DNA of 64,000 nt from Clostridia bacterium. GTDB lineage: Bacteria > Bacillota > Clostridia > UMGS1883. The position numbers and the translations under genes were made by a program. Positions within the stretch are counted from its first letter, which is position 1; every line of letters starts with the position of its first letter. The stretch covers positions 1,042-65,041 of the forward strand of contig JAFTOF010000002.1 of the NCBI GenBank assembly GCA_017451505.1, in the 5' to 3' direction. Positions 37,871 to 47,165 of the stretch are shown here, in pieces. The notes below the pieces were generated by a model that was not told where the DNA came from, did no database searches, and saw nothing but the letters and a program-made list of their open reading frames with translations.

Positions 37871-40334
37871 ATAATACCTTGTACCCTTGTGCTTCTACAA
37901 TTTCTTTGAGCGTTTCATAAGAAATTTCTTTGTCGCTCTTTACAATCGCTTCTCCTTTTTCATGGCTGACGATTGCCTCTGTAACGCCCTCTAAAGCTTC
38001 GAGGGTGCTTTTCACTCTTGCCTCACAATGGGGGCACATCATACCTTCAATTTTAATAATTTTTTCCATATGTTTTTTCTCCTTTACTGATTTATTACTT
38101 TTAAAGAAATTTAGCCTGAGTGCATTTGTAATCACACAAAAGCTTGAAAGGCTCATTGCCGCCGCAGCAAACATCGGGCTTAGTCTCCACCCTGTAATGG
38201 GTATCCACACGCCTGCCGCAAGTGGTATTCCTACCACGTTGTAGAAAAACGCCCAGAACAGATTTTCCTTAATATTTTTAAGTGTGGCACGGCTAAGCTT
38301 GATTGCTGTTGCCACACTCGAAAGACTGCTTCCTGTAAGGACTATATCTGCCGATTCTACGGCAATATCTGTTCCTGCTCCTATGGCTATTCCAACATCA
38401 GCGGCAGTAAGTGCGGGAGCGTCATTTATTCCGTCCCCTACCATTGCGGTTTCACCGCTTTCCATAAGCTTACGTATGGCAGCCTCTTTTCCGTCGGGAA
38501 GAACATCGGAAACAACCTCATCGATTCCTGTCTGCTTTGCGATAGCCTGTGCAGTACGCTTATTATCTCCTGTAATCATAACTGTTCTAATGCCAATGTT
38601 TTTTAGTTCTTTTATCGCATCAACGCTGTCCTCTCTGATTACATCTGCCACGGCTATAATTCCGAGAATTTTATTATTTTCCGCAAAAATAAGCGGTGTT
38701 TTCCCTTCTTCGGAAAGCTTTTCTACTTTTTTTATCAGTTCATTACTTACGCTAAGCTGTTCTGACATCAATTTAAGATTTCCGCCAAGAAGTATTTTAT
38801 CGTTGTTCTTTCCTTTTACCCCGCTTCCGGGAAGTGCTGAAAAATCAGTAATACTGTCGGGCGATATGTTCCTTTTTTCACATTCAACGCTTACTGCCTT
38901 TGCCAGCGGATGCTCACTGTTCTTTTCCAGTGTTACGGCTACCTTTAGCAATTCTTCCTCGGTAACATTATCCGCAGGAATAATATCTGTCACTGACGGT
39001 TCGCCCTTTGTAATTGTGCCTGTTTTGTCGAGAGCCACAATTTTTATTCTGCCTGTATGTTCAAGTGCGGCAGAGGTCTTATACAAAATTCCCCGCTTTG
39101 CCCCTACGCCGTTTCCTACCATTATGGCAACAGGTGTTGCCAATCCTAAGGCACAAGGACAACTTATTACAAGAACGCAAATCCCTCTTGCAAGTGCAAA
39201 GCCGAAGCTTTCCTTGAATAAAAGCCATACAATTACTGTAATTACCGAAAGCAAGATAACTGTTGGAACAAAAACCGCCGAAACCTTGTCCGCAATTTTT
39301 GCAATGGGGGCTTTTGTAGCCGCCGCATCGCTCACCATTTGTATGATTTTAGCTAATGTTGTATCACTTCCTACATTAACGGCTCTGCATTTTAAAAATC
39401 CCGATTGATTTACTGTTGCGGCTGATACATTGTCCCCCACAGTTTTATCCACCGGAAGGCTTTCGCCTGTAAGGGCAGATTCATTTACTGCACTTTCACC
39501 CTCTATAACCACGCCGTCTGCGGGAATGCTTTTTCCCGGAGTAACAAGGAAAATATCCCCTGCCAAAACCTCGCTTGCAGGGATAACAAGCTCTTTCCCG
39601 TCACGCACAACGGTTGCCGTTTTCGGGGCAAGCTCCATCAGGCTTTTTATTGCATTGGTGGTTTTTCCTTTTGAGTACGCCTCCAGCATTTTCCCCACCG
39701 TGATGAGGGTAAGAATCATGGCGGCAGATTCAAAATAGAGCTCGTGCATAAGGGCATGAGCCGAAGCAAAATCCCCTTTTACGTATGCTCCCGACATGGC
39801 AAAAAGTGCGTAGGTACTGTAGGCAAAAGCCGCCAAAGACCCCATAGAAACAAGCACGTCCATGTTGGGTGCACGATGGATTGTACTCTTATAGGCACTT
39901 ATAAAAAATTTTTGATTAATCACCATCACCACTGCCGACAGAAGCATTTGTACAATGCCCACCGCCAAGGGATTATGACGGAAAATTCCCGGATATTCTA
40001 TACCGAAAAGCATCTGCCCCATGGAAAAATACATAAGGACAATTAAAAAACCTACAGACCATATAAGTCTTCTTTTCATATTTTTAATTTCGTGCTCTCC
40101 TGAAATATCCTCTGTGGCACTTTTTTTCGATTTTCCTCCATCTTTTGAAGCACCGTAACCGGCATCCTGCACTGCGGATATAATTACATCTGCCTGTGCA
40201 CTACCCTCTACTATCATGGAGTTAGTCAAAAGATTCACACTGCAGCTTGTTACTCCTTCCACACAGGAAACAGCTTTTTCAACACGGGCACTGCATGCCG
40301 CACAGCTCATACCTGTAATATTATATTTCTCCAT
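37869..40334 (-). CDS. copA: Copper-translocating P1B-type ATPase with N- and C-terminal heavy-metal-binding domains
   Basis: 821 aa with an N-terminal HMA ([11 protein letters not shown]), the CPC motif (SCPCALG), [13 protein letters not shown] and a C-terminal HMA ([11 protein letters not shown]). Confidence 0.92.
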   Translation of the reverse strand: MEKYNITGMSCAACSARVEKAVSCVEGVTSCSVNLLTNSMIVEGSAQADVIISAVQDAGYGASKDGGKSKKSATEDISGEHEIKNMKRRLIWSVGFLIVLMYFSMGQMLFGIEYPGIFRHNPLAVGIVQMLLSAVVMVINQKFFISAYKSTIHRAPNMDVLVSMGSLAAFAYSTYALFAMSGAYVKGDFASAHALMHELYFESAAMILTLITVGKMLEAYSKGKTTNAIKSLMELAPKTATVVRDGKELVIPASEVLAGDIFLVTPGKSIPADGVVIEGESAVNESALTGESLPVDKTVGDNVSAATVNQSGFLKCRAVNVGSDTTLAKIIQMVSDAAATKAPIAKIADKVSAVFVPTVILLSVITVIVWLLFKESFGFALARGICVLVISCPCALGLATPVAIMVGNGVGAKRGILYKTSAALEHTGRIKIVALDKTGTITKGEPSVTDIIPADNVTEEELLKVAVTLEKNSEHPLAKAVSVECEKRNISPDSITDFSALPGSGVKGKNNDKILLGGNLKLMSEQLSVSNELIKKVEKLSEEGKTPLIFAENNKILGIIAVADVIREDSVDAIKELKNIGIRTVMITGDNKRTAQAIAKQTGIDEVVSDVLPDGKEAAIRKLMESGETAMVGDGINDAPALTAADVGIAIGAGTDIAVESADIVLTGSSLSSVATAIKLSRATLKNIKENLFWAFFYNVVGIPLAAGVWIPITGWRLSPMFAAAAMSLSSFCVITNALRLNFFKSNKSVKEKKHMEKIIKIEGMMCPHCEARVKSTLEALEGVTEAIVSHEKGEAIVKSDKEISYETLKEIVEAQGYKVL

Positions 40335-40504
40335 ATTGCGGTCACCTCACGCCTATCTTATACTTTCAGACAAGAAATGTCAATAGTATTAGATTATACA
40401 AAATATTATTTTTTGTTCAAAAGCGAAAATTTTGATTGAAATTACCACAGTTTTGTTTTATACTTACAATAGGTATAATTATTTTTAGCATTGGAGGAAA
40501 TATT

Positions 40505-41773
40505 ATGTATTCAGAAAAGGTTATACAGTTTGGCGAAGGCGGCTTCTTAAGAGGCTTTGTTGACTGGATGCTCCAGATTGTAAATGAAAAAACAGATTTT
40601 GCAGGCAGCGTTGTTGTTGTGCAGCCTATTGATAAGGGTATGTGCGATATGCTTACTGCACAAGATTGCAAATATACACATATCTGCCGTGGCAGCGAGG
40701 GTGTTGATACAAGAAAGATTGACGTTATCTCCCGTTGTGTAAAGCCCTATGATAATTATGATGAATATCTTAAATTAGCAGAAAAGGCTTCTTTCCGCTT
40801 TATCGTTTCAAATACTACCGAGGCAGGTATTTGCTTTAATGAAAACGATAAGTTTGAAGATGCACCTCCTGCAACTTTCCCTGCAAAGGTTACTCAGCTT
40901 CTTAAAAAGAGATTTGACCTTTCACTTCCCGGTTTTGTTTTCCTCCCCTGTGAGCTTATCGACAAAAACGGTGCTGTTCTCAGGAAAGTAATTCTTCAGT
41001 ATGCAGACCTTTGGAATCTGGGCGATGATTTCAAGGAATGGGTTGAAAAGGAGAATATTTTCTGTAATACACTTGTTGACAGAATTAACACAGGCTTCCC
41101 CAAGGATGAAAAAATCGACCTCGGCTATGAGGATAATATGCTTAATACCTCCGAGTATTTCCATCTGTGGGTTATCGACGGTTATAAGGAGCTTTGCAAA
41201 GAAATTCCTTTCGATAAATGCGACCTTAATGTAATCGTTACAGAAAATCTTGAAATGTATCGCACAAGAAAGGTTCGCATCCTTAACGGTGCACACACCT
41301 CACTTGTTCCCTATGCACTTTTGGAGGGATTTGATACTGTTAAATCCTGCGTGGACGATGAAAAAATGAGAGAGCATATAAGAAAGTGTGTATTTGATGA
41401 AATCATTCCCACACTTGACCTTCCCAAGGAAGAACTTATTGAATATGCAGAAAGCGTAATCACACGTTTTTCCAACCCCTACATAAAGCATTACCTTTCA
41501 TCCATTGCACTTAACTCAGTAAGTAAGTTCAAGGTAAGAGTTCTCCCCTCTATTCTTGAGTATATCAAGCGTTATGACAAGATGCCCGAAACTCTCATCT
41601 TCTCATTTGCAAAGCTGATTGACTTCTACAGAACAGATATGACAAATGATGATAAGGATGTTTGTGAATTTATGAAAACAGCTTCTCTGGAGGAAATTCT
41701 TGCAAACAAGTCACTGTGGGACGAGGACCTTACTTTCCTTTGTGCGGAGGTAAAGAAATATGTTAATAAATAA
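40505..41773 (+). CDS. uxaB: Tagaturonate reductase (altronate oxidoreductase)
   Basis: Start MYSEKVIQFGEGGFLRGFVDWM matches the UxaB N-terminal IQFGEGNFLRAFVDW motif. The ORF-track start at 40436 is an upstream extension without an RBS. Confidence 0.8.
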   Translation: MYSEKVIQFGEGGFLRGFVDWMLQIVNEKTDFAGSVVVVQPIDKGMCDMLTAQDCKYTHICRGSEGVDTRKIDVISRCVKPYDNYDEYLKLAEKASFRFIVSNTTEAGICFNENDKFEDAPPATFPAKVTQLLKKRFDLSLPGFVFLPCELIDKNGAVLRKVILQYADLWNLGDDFKEWVEKENIFCNTLVDRINTGFPKDEKIDLGYEDNMLNTSEYFHLWVIDGYKELCKEIPFDKCDLNVIVTENLEMYRTRKVRILNGAHTSLVPYALLEGFDTVKSCVDDEKMREHIRKCVFDEIIPTLDLPKEELIEYAESVITRFSNPYIKHYLSSIALNSVSKFKVRVLPSILEYIKRYDKMPETLIFSFAKLIDFYRTDMTNDDKDVCEFMKTASLEEILANKSLWDEDLTFLCAEVKKYVNK

Positions 41774-43130
41774 TCTTGACAATGTTGAAATAAACCTTGA
41801 AGACGGTCATAAGTACGCCCGTTTTGACATTAAAGAGGGCGAAAATATTATAAAGTATGGTCAGCCTATCGGACACGCTGTATGTGACATTAAAAAGGGT
41901 GACCATGTACATACTCACAACATGAAAACAAACCTTTCCGGCGAGCTTGAATATACATATGAGCCTGGCGAGGTTAAGCGTGATAAAGTTGCGTCCGACC
42001 TTACCTTTATGGGTTACAGACGCAGTGACGGCAGCGTGGGAATCAGGAACGATGTATGGATTATTCCGACCGTAGGCTGTGTAAATTCACAGGCAAAGGT
42101 TATTGCAGAAAAAACAGGTGCGAAGACATTTACTCACCCCTTTGGTTGTTCACAGCTTGGCGATGACCATGAAACCACACAGCTTGTCCTTAAAGGACTT
42201 ATAAAGCACCCCAATGCAGGCGGTGTTCTTGTACTTGGCCTTGGCTGCGAAAATAATAATATTGACCTTTTCAAAAAGGTTCTTGGCACATGGGATGAAA
42301 GCCATGTGAAATTCCTTAATGCACAGGACGCAAGCGATGAAATTGAGGAAGGAATTGCTATAGTAAAAGAGCTTCAGCAACGTGCGGAAAAAATGCAGCG
42401 TGAGCCCATAAGTATTTCCGAGCTTAAGATAGGTCTTAAATGCGGCGGAAGCGACGGCTACAGCGGAATCACCGCAAACCCCCTTGTGGGAAGGCTTTCC
42501 GACCTGCTTATATCAATGGGCGGAAGCTGTGTTCTTACGGAAGTTCCCGAAATGTTCGGTGCAGAGCATCTTTTGATGAAGCGTTGTAAAAACGAAGAAA
42601 TTTTTGATAAGACAGTTTCTCTCATCAACAACTTCAAGCAGTATTTTATCCGCCACAATCAGGTGGTATATGAAAACCCCTCTCCCGGTAACAAGGCAGG
42701 CGGAATCACAACGCTTGAGGAAAAGTCCCTCGGTTGTGTGCAGAAGGGCGGTTTGTCCGAGGTTGTAGACGTGCTTGACTATGGTGACAAGCTTCAAGAA
42801 AACGGACTTTCACTTCTTAACGGTCCCGGAAATGACATTGTGGCAGTTACAAACCTGACCGCGTGCGGCGTGCATATGATTCTCTTTACAACGGGCAGAG
42901 GTACTCCCCTTGGTGCACCTGTTCCTACAATTAAGATTGCAACAAACCACTCCTTAGCTGAAAGAAAAGCGAACTGGATTGACTTTGATGCAAGCCCCAT
43001 GCTCGACGGAATTGACCCGACACAGGCACTTCTTGACTACTGCATTGAGATTGCAAACGGCAAACAGGCAAAGAATGAAATCAATAAATGCGAGGAAATT
43101 TCCATTTTCAAGGACGGCGTAGTACTTTAA
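41760..43130 (+). CDS. uxaA: Altronate dehydratase
   Basis: 456 aa. SAF-like N-terminus (LDNVEINLEDG...IIKYGQPIGHAVCDIKKGDHVHTHNMKTNL) and a UxaA C-terminal domain. Overlaps uxaB by 14 nt. Confidence 0.85.
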   Translation: MLINNLDNVEINLEDGHKYARFDIKEGENIIKYGQPIGHAVCDIKKGDHVHTHNMKTNLSGELEYTYEPGEVKRDKVASDLTFMGYRRSDGSVGIRNDVWIIPTVGCVNSQAKVIAEKTGAKTFTHPFGCSQLGDDHETTQLVLKGLIKHPNAGGVLVLGLGCENNNIDLFKKVLGTWDESHVKFLNAQDASDEIEEGIAIVKELQQRAEKMQREPISISELKIGLKCGGSDGYSGITANPLVGRLSDLLISMGGSCVLTEVPEMFGAEHLLMKRCKNEEIFDKTVSLINNFKQYFIRHNQVVYENPSPGNKAGGITTLEEKSLGCVQKGGLSEVVDVLDYGDKLQENGLSLLNGPGNDIVAVTNLTACGVHMILFTTGRGTPLGAPVPTIKIATNHSLAERKANWIDFDASPMLDGIDPTQALLDYCIEIANGKQAKNEINKCEEISIFKDGVVL

Positions 43131-43133
43131 AAA

Positions 43134-43210
43134 GAAGCGTGCCGCTTCACCCATTTCGCGTCCTGACTGAATTTAGCATCAATAAATGTTACTCGAGATT
43201 AAATTACAAC
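43134..43210 (+). repeat. Stop-proximal repeat family, full copy B
   Basis: GAAGCGTGCCGCTTCACCCATTTCGCGTCCTGACTGAA...ACTCGAGATTAAATTACAAC. It begins 3 nt after the uxaA TAA. Confidence 0.7.
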
Positions 43211-43228
43211 CAAAACAAAATATATCAT

Positions 43229-43263
43229 TGTAGGGGCGGATAATATCCGCCCCTACAGTTTTC
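43229..43263 (+). terminator. Intrinsic terminator of uxaBA
   Basis: tgtaggggcgga/taata/tccgcccctaca followed by gtttt. Confidence 0.85.
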
Positions 43264-43267
43264 ATTG

Positions 43268-43310
43268 CAAACCAAAACGGAGCAGGAAATTCCTGCTCCG
43301 TTTTGGTTTG
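43268..43310 (-). terminator. Intrinsic terminator of the SLH protein gene
   Basis: caaaccaaaacggagcagg/aaat/tcctgctccgttttggtttg, 8 nt after the stop on the reverse strand. Confidence 0.85.
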
Positions 43311-43317
43311 TATGATA

Positions 43318-45015
43318 TTATTCAAATTTTGTCCAGTCGATATTTTCACTAAGTGAAGTCCACTTTTCATAAACGTGATTCTTCTTGTCGTAGTCATGAC
43401 TGTTTGTAGCTTCCTGAACGGGAATGTAATACCATGCAGCTTCGTCGCTGTTGTCAGACCATTTTTTCATATTATCCAAAAGGTCATTAGTATTCTCGGG
43501 TATACGATTCAGAACACGGTTAATCATTGTCATTGCTTCTGCACGTGTGATAAACTGATTAGGCTTGAAAGTATTATCTTCATAACCTCTTATCCAGCCG
43601 TATTCTGCTGCTTCATAAATTTCTTTTTCTGCCCAGTGACCTGCAACGTCTGTAAATTTATTCACATTTGAAACTTCAGCTTCCACAAATCTTGCACAGA
43701 TTGCGGCAAATTCAGCTCGGGTGATAAACGCATTGGGATCAAAGGTTTCTGAATTTCTTCCGTTAACGATGCCAAGCTTTGCCATAGTTGAAACGGCTGT
43801 GTTGTACCAATCTAAAATATCAACATCGCTGAAATTGTTTTCATGTACAAGGTTCATATTTCTTTCGTTTTCTTTAAGAAGTCTGAAGAATATTGTTGTT
43901 ACTTCAGCACGGGTGATATTATTGTTAGGTTTTACTGTTTCATCAGGATAACCTACAATATATGCAAAGTGATTATCACCGTTAAGGCTTTCGGGAGTAT
44001 CGTAACCGTTTCCTGCAAGGCCGTTATCCTCAACCCAACCTGCATATACGGTTGTGTTCTTTGTCATTTTAACTTCGGTTACTTTCTGAGTAAGCTCCTT
44101 ATCAAGATACCAGCCCTCAAAGATGTAGCCTTCCTTCTTGGGAACCTTTGTCAGCTTAACTGTTGCATTCTTTGCGTAGGTTTCTTTGTCAATAGCTGAG
44201 CCGCCATCAGTTTCATATGTAAGGGCGTATTTTGTTGTACCGCCACCGCCAGGTGAAGAAGTGTAAATCGTTGCCTGGAATGAACCTGCACCGTCATATT
44301 TTACCTTTAACGAAACAGCCTCGCCTGTAATGCCTTGACCGTCAAAAGCAACTGTTGTCGTTGCGTCCATTGTAACGCTTAACGGATATGTGCCTACTGC
44401 TTCATATTTTGCAGCACCGGGAAGTTCAAACGTAAGATCGGATAAATATCCGTTCGGATTACTCAAACTACCGAGAAGCTCCGTCACTGTAATGGCTCTT
44501 TGTTGAGTAAAATGAACTACAATTTGATCAGTGTTAACTTCTCTTTCCGATATTTTTTCATAAAAAAGACCGTTATCATCTGTTAAGCTACCGGCAAGAT
44601 CTGCTCCTGTCACAGTAACACCCGGATGGTTTATCGTAACGTCAATATCTGTAGTTACAGTAGCTCTTTCAAATTCCGATTTGGCATCACTATCTCCTGC
44701 AAGCACGATCCCGATAAAATCGCTGCCGACAAAAAAGTCCCTTAACTGCTTCATATCAAGAGTTGCCGCAAAATCAACATCAACCCCACCTGATACCAGT
44801 AGTTCGGATATAGATCCGGGATATTCAGTTCCGTTTTTGGTAGCCTTGATACTAATCGGCATATTATTAAATTCAAAGAACGGATCGGTTCCTGAGTTTT
44901 TACCAACAAAAACTGAATCCACATAGTGCTTAACCGTAGCTGCTGATGCTGTTGTAAACACTGAAAATACCATCATCAATGTCAATACAACACTTAAAAA
45001 CTTTTTCATTAACAT
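43318..45015 (-). CDS. Cell-surface protein with three C-terminal SLH domains
   Basis: 565 aa with a signal peptide, a Listeria/Bacteroides-type repeat (YIFEGWYLDKELTQKV) and three SLH-like repeats (F.D......WY/WA...V/I......G...G). Confidence 0.8.
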   Translation of the reverse strand: MLMKKFLSVVLTLMMVFSVFTTASAATVKHYVDSVFVGKNSGTDPFFEFNNMPISIKATKNGTEYPGSISELLVSGGVDVDFAATLDMKQLRDFFVGSDFIGIVLAGDSDAKSEFERATVTTDIDVTINHPGVTVTGADLAGSLTDDNGLFYEKISEREVNTDQIVVHFTQQRAITVTELLGSLSNPNGYLSDLTFELPGAAKYEAVGTYPLSVTMDATTTVAFDGQGITGEAVSLKVKYDGAGSFQATIYTSSPGGGGTTKYALTYETDGGSAIDKETYAKNATVKLTKVPKKEGYIFEGWYLDKELTQKVTEVKMTKNTTVYAGWVEDNGLAGNGYDTPESLNGDNHFAYIVGYPDETVKPNNNITRAEVTTIFFRLLKENERNMNLVHENNFSDVDILDWYNTAVSTMAKLGIVNGRNSETFDPNAFITRAEFAAICARFVEAEVSNVNKFTDVAGHWAEKEIYEAAEYGWIRGYEDNTFKPNQFITRAEAMTMINRVLNRIPENTNDLLDNMKKWSDNSDEAAWYYIPVQEATNSHDYDKKNHVYEKWTSLSENIDWTKFE

Positions 45016-45136
45016 TCACTCCTTTAATTATTATGTAAATATAAAATAAAAAACACTGTACATACACTTTTGATTATACACCTAAAGGAAATAAAAGTCA
45101 ATGTTTTTGTTAGTGCTGATTTCACATTTTTTGGCG

Positions 45137-45173
45137 AAAAAAAGGGTGGTACAAAAGCCTGCACCACCCTTTT
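45137..45173 (-). terminator. Intrinsic terminator of the NhaC-type transporter gene
   Basis: Reverse strand reads AAAAGGGTGGTGCAGGCTTTTGTACCACCCTTTTTTT. Confidence 0.8.
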
Positions 45174-45190
45174 AACATTTTATGAATATA

Positions 45191-46786
45191 TTACGCTTTG
45201 TTCTTTGTTATAGCTTTCATAACAAAGAGGAATGCAATTGTAAGCACAATTCCCACAGGAAGAAGAATAAATGCACTCTTGATGAAAGCGGCTAAAACGT
45301 ACATTACAAATGAAATAGCTGCTACACTGATTGCATAGGGCATCTGTGTGGAAACGTGGTTAATGTGGTTACATTCACCGCCTGCGGAGGACATAATCGT
45401 TGTATCGGAAATAGGTGAACAGTGGTCACCGCATACTGCACCTGCAAGGCAGGCAGACATTCCGATTATAAGATTTGCACTTCCAGAGGGGAAAATTGCC
45501 ACAACGATTGGAATGAGGATACCAAATGTTCCCCATGATGTACCTGTTGAGAAAGAAAGGAAGCATGCAACAAGGAATATAATTGCAGGAAGGAAGTTTG
45601 CAAGACCTGCTGCAGCACCCTCCATAAGTCCTGCTACATATGCGTCTGCACCCAGAAGTCCTGTCATATTCTTAAGAGAGGTTGCGAGGGTAAGGATTGT
45701 AATTGCGGGAACCATTGCGACAAATCCCTTGGGAACACAATCCATAGCTTCTTTAAAGGTCATAACACGGCGTGCAACCATGTAAATAATTGTAATAACA
45801 AGAGCGATAAGGCCACCCATGGGAAGACCTATTGTAGCATCTGTATTTGAGAAGGAATCAATAAAGCTTGCACCGTCTAATATTCCGCCTACATATACAA
45901 GTGTAAACACGCAAACTGCGATAAGTACAATTATTGGGAAAAGAAGGTCAATAACCTTACCCTTGGAAGAACCCTGAACCTTCTGACTTTCAGCACGGTC
46001 TCCGCAGGTGTAAAGGTCACCCTTTTCTTTTGCGTTCTTCTCATGAAGTGCCATAGGACCGTAATCAACTTTCATGAGTGTAATAGCTACAACAAACACG
46101 AGAGTGAGAATTGAATAGAAGTTATAAGGAATTGCCTTGATAAAGAGGCTGAGTCCCTGACCTTCGGGAGCAAATTCGGACACTGCCGCTGCCCATGAAG
46201 AAATGGGAGCTATCATACAGATAGGTGCCGCTGTAGCATCAATAAGGTACGAAAGCTTTGCTCTGGAAATTTTGTGTGCATCGGTTACGGGACGCATAAC
46301 GGAGCCTACTGTGAGGCAGTTAAAGTAGTCATCAATGAAGATAAGCACACCGAGAACAAAGGTTGCAAGCATTGCACCTACTCTTGACTTGATGTTTTTC
46401 TTTGCCCATTCACCGAATGCGGCACTGCCGCCTGCCTTGTTCACAAGGGCAACTATCGCACCCAGCACAACAAGGAAAATGAAAATTCCCGCTGTTCCTG
46501 ATACCGCAGCGATAAGACCGTCGTTTACAACGGCATCAATGGTTTTAAGGACATTGAAATTTGCCGCAAAAAGACCGCCCATAAGTATACCTACAAACAA
46601 TGAGCTGTATACTTCCTTTGTAATAAGGGCAAGTCCGATAGCGATAACGGGCGGAACAAGTGACCAGAATGTACCTGCCATTTTACTTGTTACCTCCCCA
46701 TCCTCTGCAAAAGCTGCTAAAGGGCATAGTACGAGCAGCATCAGAACTGTCGTACAGATTGCGAAAAGATTACTTTTTCTTTTCAT
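45191..46786 (-). CDS. Na+/H+ antiporter NhaC family transporter (candidate lysine transporter)
   Basis: 531 aa with about 12 TM helices and NhaC-like sequence throughout. Preceded by a lysine riboswitch. Confidence 0.8.
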   Translation of the reverse strand: MKRKSNLFAICTTVLMLLVLCPLAAFAEDGEVTSKMAGTFWSLVPPVIAIGLALITKEVYSSLFVGILMGGLFAANFNVLKTIDAVVNDGLIAAVSGTAGIFIFLVVLGAIVALVNKAGGSAAFGEWAKKNIKSRVGAMLATFVLGVLIFIDDYFNCLTVGSVMRPVTDAHKISRAKLSYLIDATAAPICMIAPISSWAAAVSEFAPEGQGLSLFIKAIPYNFYSILTLVFVVAITLMKVDYGPMALHEKNAKEKGDLYTCGDRAESQKVQGSSKGKVIDLLFPIIVLIAVCVFTLVYVGGILDGASFIDSFSNTDATIGLPMGGLIALVITIIYMVARRVMTFKEAMDCVPKGFVAMVPAITILTLATSLKNMTGLLGADAYVAGLMEGAAAGLANFLPAIIFLVACFLSFSTGTSWGTFGILIPIVVAIFPSGSANLIIGMSACLAGAVCGDHCSPISDTTIMSSAGGECNHINHVSTQMPYAISVAAISFVMYVLAAFIKSAFILLPVGIVLTIAFLFVMKAITKNKA

Positions 46787-46812
46787 TAATAATTTTCCTC
46801 CTTTATTCCAAC

Positions 46813-46838
46813 AAAAAAGGTCACGGACTACCGTGACC
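46813..46838 (-). terminator. Riboswitch expression-platform terminator
   Basis: Reverse strand reads GGUCACGG-UAGU-CCGUGACC followed by UUUUUUG. Its 5' arm can alternatively pair with AUCGUGA at the 3' end of the aptamer P1 (antiterminator). Confidence 0.8.
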
Positions 46839-46861
46839 TATAATTACACTTTTAGCATAAA

Positions 46862-47022
46862 ATCACGATAGCACTCCACACGTCTGTGACAGTCCGGCAG
46901 ATATTCTCTGACGGCCCAGCATATATGCCTTGGCTGGCAATATACACTTCGGCGGTAATTCCTTTCACTTCTGCCAATATCCATGATGCAAAAGCTACTG
47001 ATAATAACCGCACCTCTACCAA
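46862..47022 (-). promoter_or_regulatory. Lysine riboswitch (L-box / LYS element)
   Basis: Reverse strand reads GGUAGAGGUGCGG...CAGUAGC...GUGAAAGGAAUUACCGCCGAAGUG...GCUGGGCCGUCAGAG...GGACUGUCACAG...UGGAGUGCUAUC. It shares the conserved blocks of the B. subtilis lysC leader as I recall it (AGAGGUGC, AGUA, GAAAGG, CGCCGAAG, CUGG.CCGU, CUGUCA); the 3'-terminal GGAGUGCUAUC matches the general L-box P1 consensus (GGAG.GCUA) rather than my recalled lysC string. Confidence 0.88.
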
Positions 47023-47047
47023 TTTTGTCAATTATTAAGATATTTTT

Positions 47048-47076
47048 ATAATAGCAGACGTTTGTCATTTTGTCAA
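47048..47076 (-). promoter_or_regulatory. Sigma-A promoter driving the lysine riboswitch
   Basis: Reverse strand has TTGACA, a 17-nt spacer, then TATTAT, about 25 nt upstream of the aptamer. Confidence 0.65.
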
Positions 47077-47111
47077 CATAATATGACATTTTTTGTCATA
47101 ATTAATTTTGA

Positions 47112-47140
47112 TTGATTATTGCGGACTTTAATGGTATAAT
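47112..47140 (+). promoter_or_regulatory. Sigma-A promoter (extended -10) of deoD
   Basis: TTGATT, a 17-nt spacer ending in TGG, then TATAAT. Confidence 0.6.
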
Positions 47141-47165
47141 AAAATTAACAAGGAGAGTGATTTTT

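Noticed and set aside
38284-39408. 374-aa + strand ORF antisense to copA
   Set aside because: The translation is a Ser/Ala/Thr/Ile/Pro-rich low-complexity shadow of the P-type ATPase gene, whose motifs ([16 protein letters not shown]) are unambiguous on the other strand.
40335-40504. Looked for CopY (TACAnnTGTA) or CsoR-type operators upstream of copA, and for a sugar-acid regulator box upstream of uxaB
   Set aside because: I found only an imperfect palindrome around the -35 region (ATACTATTGACA...TGTCTGAAAGTAT) and no convincing match to a known operator.
46844-47089. 81-aa reverse-strand ORF upstream of the NhaC-type gene
   Set aside because: The interval is fully explained by the lysine riboswitch, its promoter and its terminator. 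The ORF has no RBS.
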